A stretch of DNA of 64,000 bases from Deltaproteobacteria bacterium (GTDB lineage: Bacteria; Desulfobacterota; GWC2-55-46; DRQE01): assembly GCA_015492245.1 (NCBI GenBank), contig WGFM01000012.1, positions 126,206 through 190,205 of the forward strand, read 5' to 3'. The position numbers and the translations under genes are program-made. Each line of letters starts with the position of its first letter. Within the stretch, counting starts at the first letter, position 1. Under the pieces are notes generated by a model, which had not been told where the DNA came from, ran no database searches, and saw only the letters and a list, made by a program, of their open reading frames with translations. Below are positions 21,216 to 29,291 of this stretch, piece by piece.

Positions 21216-22735
21216 GGGGTGTTTTTGCCTCCGTCTCTGAGTTCTTCGGCAAAGTCTTCTATCTGCTGGCGGAACTCTCTCCGTGCTGTTTGTGGGAGAA
21301 AGAGCATCTTTATACGGTGGTCTCTGCCCACAGATGTCTTGAAAGAGGGGTGTCTCAGGCCACTGAATCTCAGTTTCAGGAGTTCGTCACCAGTTCTGTA
21401 GTGGCAGTCATTGGGAGCACATGCCGCTATGACCACCCCATCCACCCCTGCATCGAGGGCGATCTCTGCCATGGAGGGCTGCACCATACCACCACAGGGC
21501 ACTGTGAGCACCCTTGCCGTGAGGCCATCGAGATTGGCAGATGCATCCACACCCCAGCTGCAGGCAAACACCAGAAGAGTTGGCCCCTCTTTCGTGCCTG
21601 CCAGCTCCCTGGAGATGGCAAGTATCTGCTCCTTGAACTCCCTTTCTGTTAAGCCATCCATACTGATGGCATCGAACTCACAGGCTCCCACGCATATGCC
21701 ACATCCGGCACACCTTTCGGGAGAGACCAGGGCCTCGAGATTGAAGGGCTTTCCATCGCTCCTCCGTTGCATGTAGATGGCCTCATAGGGACAGTCGAAC
21801 ACACACTGCTCACAGCCTGTGCAGTTCTTCAGTATGACAGAGGCGGTGAGACCCTTTCTTGTCGGAAAAAGCCATGGAACGAGTGCAATCCCCACGGTTG
21901 CCACTATTATTATGAACCACATGGTGGGCACAGATAGGTGCTTGAGTGGTGCATACAGAAACATGAAGAACCAGTCCACATCCACAGTGGCAGGCAGGCT
22001 CTTAAGGTCTGCAGGGGGTTCAAGGCCTGCAGGAAACAGGATGGAGTAAAGGAGAAGTAACCCCAGGGTTGCAAGCCCTACCCTGAAAGGCGGGTTTATC
22101 CTTGCAGATGCAATCCTGCTGACATGCACCCACAGGAGTATGAAAAGGAAGACCGTGAGGGCAAAGTGCATTATGAAGAGTATGTAGAAGAATATGGCAT
22201 CCAGACTCCCGGCACCTGAAAAGTTTATGGAAAGAGGTTGTCCAAAGATGGGTATTCGCTCGAGCATCTCTGCAGAGAACAGGGCCACAAGCTGGGCCTT
22301 CCTGTCCCACACGAGCCAGTAGCCGAATATGCCACATATCCATACCATCCACAATATGAAGACCCCGCTTATCCATGCGAGTCTGCGCCAGCCACCATGG
22401 CGAGAGGTTATAAATGTCTTTGCAAGGTGAAGTAGCATCACTGTGACCAGAAGGTCAGAGCCGTAGCGGTGGAGGCTTCGCATGATACCCCCGAGCCACC
22501 ACTGCTCCTCTGTGAGATACCTTACAGACTCATAGGCGCCCTCTGGGTTTATCTTGTAGAATATGAACAGGTATATGCCTGTAAACAATGCCACCCATAT
22601 GAGAAACACACCGATGGAGTGGAGATGATACAGCGGATTGTTGCGGTATATCCTGTTGAGCAGGCCCTCAAGATGGAGCCACATCAGGTGGAACACCCCG
22701 AGGTGTTTATGTTCTGTCTCTACCCTGTCTTCCAT
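21206..22735 (-). CDS. fusion protein: di-heme cytochrome b domain + 2x[4Fe-4S] ferredoxin + MvhD/FlpD-like domain
   Basis: Two H-x13-H pairs in TM helices ('RSLHRYGSDLLVTVMLLH', 'MHFALTVFLFILLWVH'). Two ferredoxin motifs follow ('CTGCEQCVFDCP', 'CAGCGICVGACE'). The C-terminal part is MvhD-like ('LLVFACSWG', 'VPCGGMV', 'GVDGVVIAACAPNDCHY'). Confidence 0.8.
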   Translation of the reverse strand: MEDRVETEHKHLGVFHLMWLHLEGLLNRIYRNNPLYHLHSIGVFLIWVALFTGIYLFIFYKINPEGAYESVRYLTEEQWWLGGIMRSLHRYGSDLLVTVMLLHLAKTFITSRHGGWRRLAWISGVFILWMVWICGIFGYWLVWDRKAQLVALFSAEMLERIPIFGQPLSINFSGAGSLDAIFFYILFIMHFALTVFLFILLWVHVSRIASARINPPFRVGLATLGLLLLYSILFPAGLEPPADLKSLPATVDVDWFFMFLYAPLKHLSVPTMWFIIIVATVGIALVPWLFPTRKGLTASVILKNCTGCEQCVFDCPYEAIYMQRRSDGKPFNLEALVSPERCAGCGICVGACEFDAISMDGLTEREFKEQILAISRELAGTKEGPTLLVFACSWGVDASANLDGLTARVLTVPCGGMVQPSMAEIALDAGVDGVVIAACAPNDCHYRTGDELLKLRFSGLRHPSFKTSVGRDHRIKMLFLPQTARREFRQQIEDFAEELRDGGKNTPCV

Positions 22736-22738
22736 TGG

Positions 22739-23560
22739 CTACTTTTTCTGCACAGAGAATATCTTCGAGAAAAGTGTGCCCAGGGGTCTCCTGAACAATA
22801 CTATGAGTATTGCAGTTATCAGTATGATCTGCAACACAAAGCCCATGACCACCGGCCAGTTCAGAACAAAGGTGCCACTTACAGGGTCATACACCGTGCA
22901 GAGCTGTTTGAGCCTGTCGAGAAAAGTGGGCTCTGTCTCCATGGGTATGTTGCCTGTAAGGAGTTCCACGAGGGGGGTCCTTATGTCCTCGGGCTTGAGG
23001 TTGAATCCGTATACCTGTTTGTATATGGTTCCGTCTTCATCCACCACGCTCACCATGGTGAGATGGGTGAACCCATGGGTATCACGCTCTTTGTAGAAGA
23101 AACCGAACTCACGGGTGAGCCGTTCCATGGTCTGCCGGTCTGCGGTGGCAAACCTTATAAGCCCGGTGGAGTCAAGATGACGCTGGCTGTATGCCTTGAG
23201 TGCTGCAGGGGTATCACGCTCTGTATCAAACCCCAGGATGAGCACATTGAACCTGTCGCCCATCTCTTTTTTTACCTCTTTTACCGCCTCCATGAGTGTG
23301 GTGGTTATGAGCGGACATACATCGGTACAGTGGGTGTATACGAAGCTTACAAGAAGGGGTTTTCCCTGCCCAAAGTAGTCATGCAGATGGAACCCTACGC
23401 CATCCTGGTCTACAAGTTCGTAGTCGTGCAGTTTAACACCCTCTGCCCATTCTGCCTGGGTAACGGCCTTTCTGGCCACCTCTACACTTATGATCTCGGC
23501 ATGGGCGGTGTGCAGGGAGAAGAGGAGTATAAAGATATAGATAATATGGTTCACCATCAT
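22739..23560 (-). CDS. SCO1/SenC family copper chaperone
   Basis: Signal/anchor peptide, thioredoxin-fold 'LVSFVYTHCTDVCP' (CxxxC) and a downstream conserved His ('FTHLT'). Confidence 0.85.
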   Translation of the reverse strand: MMVNHIIYIFILLFSLHTAHAEIISVEVARKAVTQAEWAEGVKLHDYELVDQDGVGFHLHDYFGQGKPLLVSFVYTHCTDVCPLITTTLMEAVKEVKKEMGDRFNVLILGFDTERDTPAALKAYSQRHLDSTGLIRFATADRQTMERLTREFGFFYKERDTHGFTHLTMVSVVDEDGTIYKQVYGFNLKPEDIRTPLVELLTGNIPMETEPTFLDRLKQLCTVYDPVSGTFVLNWPVVMGFVLQIILITAILIVLFRRPLGTLFSKIFSVQKK

Positions 23561-23649
23561 ACCTCGGGTAGATTCAATTCATTATATCACAGACTGAAGG
23601 GAGGGTTCAACAGAGGGGAAGAGAGGGGCAAGCCCGTAGCTTACCCCTC

Positions 23650-23739
23650 TTACTTCCATGGAAGGATTACCATGACAAGTATGATGACAGTTGTTATAAC
23701 GCCTATCCATAATGGCCAGTTGAATCTTTGTTGTTCCAC
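23650..23739 (-). CDS. possible 29-aa one-helix peptide (not in ORF track)
   Basis: A GTG start lies 7 nt after 'GGAGGAGG'. The product is 'VEQQRFNWPLWIGVITTVIILVMVILPWK'. It is supported only by RBS spacing and hydrophobicity. Confidence 0.15.
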   Translation of the reverse strand: MEQQRFNWPLWIGVITTVIILVMVILPWK

Positions 23740-23756
23740 CTTTATTACCTCCTCCA

Positions 23757-23903
23757 TTATTCTACCCACCATACTTCTACGAGCCACTTGAAGTGGAGGA
23801 ACCAGAGCACCATAAAGACCACCAGGAATATGAGAGAAAGTGCGAGAGTGCCTGGCGCCTCTATCTTGTTGCGGTGTTCCTCGTCATCGTATTTGTCTGC
23901 CAT
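23757..23903 (-). CDS. small one-helix protein following oxidase subunit I (paralog 1), not in ORF track
   Basis: My hand translation is 'MADKYDDEEHRNKIEAPGTLALSLIFLVVFMVLWFLHFKWLVEVWWVE'. It has the same architecture and 'MAD + acidic N-terminus + TM' pattern as ORF 25991..26173. Confidence 0.45.
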   Translation of the reverse strand: MADKYDDEEHRNKIEAPGTLALSLIFLVVFMVLWFLHFKWLVEVWWVE

Positions 23904-23927
23904 GTTTCTCTTCCTCCTGTTTATGGT

Positions 23928-25433
23928 TTATGGTGCCACCCTTCTGCCAAATAGCGCAGAACCTATGATTACCACAACATATATTACACCAGCAAAAACG
24001 GCAAGAAGTGTTCCCAGTCCCATTATGCTCAGGAACATATCCACCGATGGGTCGAAGGTGAAGGAGAATGGAGCACCAGAGAATGTTATGTCCCAGTGCC
24101 TTCTGGGCACACCAAGGGCACCTGCGGCCATCATACCTATGGATACCATCGATACCCCTATGAAGTAGAGGTAGGGTTGCACAGATGCAAGCCTTGGCAT
24201 TATAAGCTCTCTTTTGAAGATATAGGGCATCAGCAGATAGGAGAATGCCATGAAGGCAAGTGTGGTGCCCACCACCACCGTGCCGTGGAAGTGTCCTGTT
24301 ATGAAGAAGGTGTTGTGCCTTATTATGTTGAACTGCTCTGTTCCTGCTATGACACCTGTGGTGCCACCAAGGAAGCCGAACCCTATTATGGAAAGAAATG
24401 TGCCAGAGAATGCCGGGTTGCCCCATGGTGCCTTCTTTAGCCACTCGAAGAGCCCGTTGGTGTAGCCCTTTTCCCTGAGTGCCACCTCCATTGAGGCAGG
24501 TATCGCGAAGGCGTGCACCATACTTGCAAACACCGCAAGGTGCATCACATAGCTTGTGTTTATTATCTTGTGCCAGTTGCTGAATATGGGGTCAACCAGC
24601 AGGTGATGCTCACTTGCCACATTTATGAAGAAGATGTAGAGCACGAAGGCCGTTCTTGAGAGCTTTTCGTTCACAGGCTTACCACCGAGAACGAAGGCAC
24701 TCACCATGTACCATGCAGCCACCATGGCACACACATTTATCTGCTGACTGGGATGACCGAGCCCCCAGAATATGAGCCTGTATGTGCCAGGGTCCAGGTA
24801 TTTTATAAGCCCTATGGACCACAGAAGGGTCGGTATCATTATTACCGCACCATGGGCAAGGGTAACCACAGCTATGATCGAGGCAGCGGCCATGCCGAAG
24901 GAGCCAAGGGGAAGTGAGTGCTTGTATGCCCCATCCCTTTTTGCCTGTATTATGTTTGCAAAGAAGTGGCCAAAGGCTGTGAGCGCACCCACTGCAAATA
25001 TTATCACACCCGTGTAGTACACACCGCTGGCCTTGAGAGGCACATAGGATGTGAAGAGCACATCGGCCTTACCTGCAAATGTGGTTATGTTTACGAAGAT
25101 GGCCCCTATCAACATCAACGAGTAGGCGATCCAGCCGGCAGACGGGATGACGGTTCTTGTGTTGAGAAGAACAGCCGAGGTGAAGTGCACAAGGGCGACC
25201 TCGAAGAAGATTATCCACACCAGCAGGGCATCAAACCCGTGTAGAGTAAGGTATCGGTAATAATATGTTGGATCAAGGTAGTGAACACTCGGCCAGCGTG
25301 TAATACCTATGAGGAGACCCATGAGACCTCCGAGGGTCAGGAACAGCACAGCGGTTATCACATTCCACTTTATAAGGTCCTCTGCTGGCTTGTGTATCTT
25401 AAGCCCTGTGAAGGAGCAAGTTCTGAATTCCAT
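23928..25433 (-). CDS. heme-copper oxidase superfamily subunit I, B-family-like, lacking the cross-link Tyr (paralog 1)
   Basis: Twelve or more TM helices. Conserved His: 'LTLHG' (low-spin heme), 'GLGHPSQQ' (CuB), 'SEHHLL' (CuB x2) and 'TGHFHG' (both hemes). The His spacing matches ba3-type enzymes. Confidence 0.85.
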   Translation of the reverse strand: MEFRTCSFTGLKIHKPAEDLIKWNVITAVLFLTLGGLMGLLIGITRWPSVHYLDPTYYYRYLTLHGFDALLVWIIFFEVALVHFTSAVLLNTRTVIPSAGWIAYSLMLIGAIFVNITTFAGKADVLFTSYVPLKASGVYYTGVIIFAVGALTAFGHFFANIIQAKRDGAYKHSLPLGSFGMAAASIIAVVTLAHGAVIMIPTLLWSIGLIKYLDPGTYRLIFWGLGHPSQQINVCAMVAAWYMVSAFVLGGKPVNEKLSRTAFVLYIFFINVASEHHLLVDPIFSNWHKIINTSYVMHLAVFASMVHAFAIPASMEVALREKGYTNGLFEWLKKAPWGNPAFSGTFLSIIGFGFLGGTTGVIAGTEQFNIIRHNTFFITGHFHGTVVVGTTLAFMAFSYLLMPYIFKRELIMPRLASVQPYLYFIGVSMVSIGMMAAGALGVPRRHWDITFSGAPFSFTFDPSVDMFLSIMGLGTLLAVFAGVIYVVVIIGSALFGRRVAP

Positions 25434-25450
25434 TTCAACACCTCCCTACA

Positions 25451-25978
25451 TTACTTCACATATAATTTGCCCACCATCATGTGATGGCCGAGTCCACAGT
25501 ACTCATTGCATACGATGTGATATTCTCCGCTTGTGGTTGGAGTAAGCGTTAAAACATAGTCATAATCCGGGAGGACCATGAAGTTCATGTTTATAGGCAG
25601 TATAGACATACCATGCACTATATCGAGTGAGTATACATGAATCCTGTAGGTCTTTCCCTTCTCCAGTTGCAGTATGGGATACCATTGCCACATGCTTGCC
25701 TGCAGGAACACATCCGAGCCAGGCTCTGGATGCACAACCGGTATGCCCTCCTCTTCACCTACCTTGTATTTCTCCACCATTGCATCCACAAGGGCTGTGA
25801 ACTGTTCTGGATTCCTGACCCTGTATGTCTCAAAGGGTGGATTCTGTTTGCCTATGAAGTGGTACACAGGCATGAATGTGAAGGTGGTGAGCATCCACAG
25901 GAGCGCCACAGCTACCCAGAATTTTTCATCCCATGTGTAGGGTTTCCACCAGATCCTTTCGGGTTCTTTTATCGCCAT
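25451..25978 (-). CDS. oxidase subunit II with CuA centre (paralog 1)
   Basis: One TM helix plus a cupredoxin domain, with 'DIVHGMS' and 'CNEYCGLGHHMM' (C-x3-C-x3-H-x2-M). Confidence 0.85.
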   Translation of the reverse strand: MAIKEPERIWWKPYTWDEKFWVAVALLWMLTTFTFMPVYHFIGKQNPPFETYRVRNPEQFTALVDAMVEKYKVGEEEGIPVVHPEPGSDVFLQASMWQWYPILQLEKGKTYRIHVYSLDIVHGMSILPINMNFMVLPDYDYVLTLTPTTSGEYHIVCNEYCGLGHHMMVGKLYVK

Positions 25979-25990
25979 CTTATCACCTCC

Positions 25991-26173
25991 TTAAGGACTG
26001 TATGAGGGAAGGTCAGGTATCTGCACTATCTCCATAAGCCCCCATACTGTATATACCAGGGTCGGCACTGCGACACCGAAGAAGAAAAGGAGCATTATAT
26101 TGTCATAAAACAACTGCCATGCAGGGATTGGCTCTTCTTCCTGTTCTTCTATTTTTCTTTCTTCGTCTGCCAT
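25991..26173 (-). CDS. small one-helix protein following oxidase subunit I (paralog 2)
   Basis: 'MADEERKIEEQEEE' acidic N-terminus followed by a TM helix. It sits between the two oxidase modules. Confidence 0.5.
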   Translation of the reverse strand: MADEERKIEEQEEEPIPAWQLFYDNIMLLFFFGVAVPTLVYTVWGLMEIVQIPDLPSYSP

Positions 26174-26212
26174 GGCTAAAACCCTCCTTCAGTTTGTGGT
26201 TTGTAATCCTCT

Positions 26213-27655
26213 TTACCAGCCTCTTAAAGGTTTTACCCTCTGCAATCTCGTGAGATACCTTGCTATCACCATGGTTACACCGAAGACCACTATCCATGCG
26301 AAGTATACCGCTATGGTGCTGTAGACCTCGGTTCCGGGCATCTGGACAGCATACCTGCGGGGTGTGCCGAATATCCCTGAGTACATGAACATGGCTGTAA
26401 CCCCGTAGGCACCGATTAACCATGTCCACAGGCCAACCCTGTCCTCGAAGGTGTCCGTGCATCCGCCGAGCTCTTCGGTAAGATGGTAGAGTGCGCCTAC
26501 AAATACGAATGATGCACCTGCAAGCAGATATGTGTGGAAGTGGCCGGGAACGAACATGGTGTTGTGGAACTGCTGGTTAAAGCCAGCATCCATGACTGCT
26601 GCAAAACCACCTATTGCCCATCCCATTAGCCCCAGGAAGAAGTAAAGGGGTGCCACACTCCACTTCATGCCGGACCTGTATACCAGTATCAATGAGCCTA
26701 TTATGGTAACCACCGTTGCGGGAAATGCCGCCATGTATGAGCCGAAGACACCTATTACCTGGAAGGCAAGTGGCTGCACAAAGTCCTGTAACAGATGGTG
26801 CAGATAGGCAAGGGTAACCGCTATGAATGCGGTGTTCCAGGATATGGCCACTATCTTGTTGGACTTCCATGGCCTTCCGGCATACCTTGGAAGAAGCTCA
26901 TAGACGATGGCTGCGCACATGTACATGACCATGTTCATGAGTATGTGGCCGAAGTAGTAGATGAGGTTCTTTATAAAGAGATAGTCTATGTAGTAGGATG
27001 GATTAGCCCAGTAGATGAGCTGCTGAACCACTGTAATGCTACCAGAAAAGAGCGCCATTATGCCACACAGGGCCGTTATCGTGGATATTATGACCACAGG
27101 AGGAGGCGCTGTGTCAGGTGTGTCGTTGCCCCATATGAGATTCCATCCCATAGAGCTTGCAAAACCGTATTTTCTCGAACAGGAGACCACGACATCACAC
27201 CATGCGATGAACATGGCTATTATGACGCACATGATAACCAGAAGGTAGAGGGCACCCGCCCACTCATCCCATGCTCCTGCCGATTTGAATGGCAGGGGGT
27301 AGAGATATGTCCAGCCAGAACCATAATAACCCATGAGCGTGCAGACAAGCAGTGAGACAACCGCTGCACCTATTATGCCGAACATTATCAACATGAGGTT
27401 CATGCTGAGCCGCACATGCTTGCTCAGCGCGTACCACATCAAGGCCGTTACACCTGTCATAAGAGAGCCCGCCACACCCACCGAATGAAGCGTAACGAAC
27501 TCGTAGAGAACATCCGGCCTCAGCTCTATGAAGCCACCCTGACTCGTTCTGGCTATTACTCCAAAGAAAAGTGTTGCACCATAAAGAACAATCGTGATTG
27601 CCCCTATGCCCAGAGCAATGCCAGCGGTTCTTCTCTGATAAAAAGAGTCAGTCAT
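26213..27655 (-). CDS. heme-copper oxidase superfamily subunit I, divergent, lacking the cross-link Tyr (paralog 2)
   Basis: Conserved His: 'VTLHS', 'YFGHILMN', 'AYLHHLL' and 'PGHFHT'. The spacing from the helix VI His to the HH pair is the same 49 residues as in paralog 1. Confidence 0.85.
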   Translation of the reverse strand: MTDSFYQRRTAGIALGIGAITIVLYGATLFFGVIARTSQGGFIELRPDVLYEFVTLHSVGVAGSLMTGVTALMWYALSKHVRLSMNLMLIMFGIIGAAVVSLLVCTLMGYYGSGWTYLYPLPFKSAGAWDEWAGALYLLVIMCVIIAMFIAWCDVVVSCSRKYGFASSMGWNLIWGNDTPDTAPPPVVIISTITALCGIMALFSGSITVVQQLIYWANPSYYIDYLFIKNLIYYFGHILMNMVMYMCAAIVYELLPRYAGRPWKSNKIVAISWNTAFIAVTLAYLHHLLQDFVQPLAFQVIGVFGSYMAAFPATVVTIIGSLILVYRSGMKWSVAPLYFFLGLMGWAIGGFAAVMDAGFNQQFHNTMFVPGHFHTYLLAGASFVFVGALYHLTEELGGCTDTFEDRVGLWTWLIGAYGVTAMFMYSGIFGTPRRYAVQMPGTEVYSTIAVYFAWIVVFGVTMVIARYLTRLQRVKPLRGW

Positions 27656-27667
27656 CGTCCACCTCCT

Positions 27668-28195
27668 CTATTTTACCTCGAATTCTGTCATCATTATGTG
27701 ATGAGCCAGTCCACAGTATTCAAGACACCATACCTCATACTTACCAGGCTCTGTGAAGTTCACATAGAGACGGTTCACATAATCTGGCATGGCCTGTGTC
27801 TGGGCTATAAGCCAGCCATCCTTGTAGATACCGAAACCATGGTTCACATCGTTTGCCATAACATCGAACCTGACCCAGCCCCTTGGAACTTCTGTCTCCG
27901 ACATGTCGAACATGAACTGACTCGACATAACCTTCACAACGAAGGGCTTGCCAGTTACCCTTGACTCCACTATCTGCGGATAGGGGAAGGAGTAGATACC
28001 CACACCAAACAGTAATATACTCACTATCAGGAGCCCCCAGAAATACTCCCTTCTCAGACGATAGCCCCTCTCGGTTACACTCTTATAGTCCTGCTGTGGC
28101 TGAGTCCTTGAACCGACCCACCAGAAGATAGCCGCAATGACCACGGTTGACACAAGTATGGATACCCCTACAAGTATTTGTATTGTGTGGGACAT
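27668..28195 (-). CDS. oxidase subunit II with CuA centre (paralog 2)
   Basis: Two N-terminal TM helices plus a cupredoxin domain, with 'DVNHGFG' and 'CLEYCGLAHHIMM'. Confidence 0.85.
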   Translation of the reverse strand: MSHTIQILVGVSILVSTVVIAAIFWWVGSRTQPQQDYKSVTERGYRLRREYFWGLLIVSILLFGVGIYSFPYPQIVESRVTGKPFVVKVMSSQFMFDMSETEVPRGWVRFDVMANDVNHGFGIYKDGWLIAQTQAMPDYVNRLYVNFTEPGKYEVWCLEYCGLAHHIMMTEFEVK

Positions 28196-28393
28196 GGTTT
28201 CACCTCCTTACTGAACTTGAAAGATGTTAACACCATCATATGGATTTCGATTAATGCAGGATACATAGTATAGAAAGGAAGATGTATAGTAAGACCGGCT
28301 ATACACTTGACAAGCCCCCCCTTTGATTTGGAACCATCGGTAAAGATTAAAGCAAGTTCAAACCAAAATACTTTTGACTATCTATCACTAAAA

Positions 28394-28407
28394 TTGATAT
28401 ATGTCAA
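28394..28407. promoter_or_regulatory. CRP/FNR-family-like box TTGATATATGTCAA upstream of the oxidase cluster
   Basis: The sequence matches TTGAT-N4-(A/G)TCAA. It lies about 200 nt upstream of the first oxidase gene start (28195, minus strand). Confidence 0.35.
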
Positions 28408-28436
28408 GAAAAATATTGTATACAATATACAGAACT

Positions 28437-29291
28437 CTATGGCAGGTTTTCTATCATTTCAGAAAAGCTTTTCTGCAGTTTTCTTGTTATCTTACGCCCT
28501 GTTACAGAGCCAACCCTTTGCCCCTCGAGAGTCCTCACCGGCACTATTTCGAGCACAGAGTTGGTCAACAACAGCCCCTCGGCACCGAAGAGTTCCTCTT
28601 TCCTCACCACACACTGCTCAACACACAGTCCCATGCCTTTTGCGGCCTCAATCGTCTTCTTCCTTGTAACCCCTGGCAGTATGAGCCCACCCCTTGTGTG
28701 CGGGGTCCTGAGGGTTCTGCCCTCTATGATAAACAGGTTCGATGCCGTGCCCTCGAGCACCTGGCCGGCTTTTGTGGTTAGTATGCCCTCATGGGCACCT
28801 CTCTTTGTGGCCTCGAGTCTGCCCATGATATTCTTGAGGTGATTGAGCGTTTTGTATCTCCCACATCCTCCCCAGCCATCCAGTATCATGGCCCCTATGC
28901 CATGCCTTTTGAGCCTCTCTATCCTTTCTGTATCCAGGGGGGTTGCGGTGATTACGAGTGTCGGTGAGTCTGGAGGTTCTGTTACAGCCTCTGAGACACC
29001 CTTTGTGAGTATTATCTTGACCCTTGCATCCCTGCCCTCAAGCCCGTTTGCCCTGAGGACCCTCCCAATGGCTGCCTCTACCTCTTCGAGCCTGTCTGTG
29101 GCAATCTCGAAGGCTGCGGCAGAGTTACTGAGCCTTTCGATATGGTCTTCAAGGAAGGCAGGCCTGCCCCTGTATGTCCTGAGTGTCTCGAAGAGTCCAT
29201 ACCCATAGTTGAGCCCCCACTCGAAGGCCGATATGGCCCTGCCTGCAGGCACTATCCTACCATTTACATACACCTTCATCTTATGGTGCAT
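28437..29291 (-). CDS. pabC: class IV aminotransferase / aminodeoxychorismate lyase
   Basis: Fold-type IV PLP motifs ('YGYGLFET.R', 'TK..NYL') with the start overlapping the pabB stop. The pabC assignment is by context. Confidence 0.7.
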   Translation of the reverse strand: MHHKMKVYVNGRIVPAGRAISAFEWGLNYGYGLFETLRTYRGRPAFLEDHIERLSNSAAAFEIATDRLEEVEAAIGRVLRANGLEGRDARVKIILTKGVSEAVTEPPDSPTLVITATPLDTERIERLKRHGIGAMILDGWGGCGRYKTLNHLKNIMGRLEATKRGAHEGILTTKAGQVLEGTASNLFIIEGRTLRTPHTRGGLILPGVTRKKTIEAAKGMGLCVEQCVVRKEELFGAEGLLLTNSVLEIVPVRTLEGQRVGSVTGRKITRKLQKSFSEMIENLP

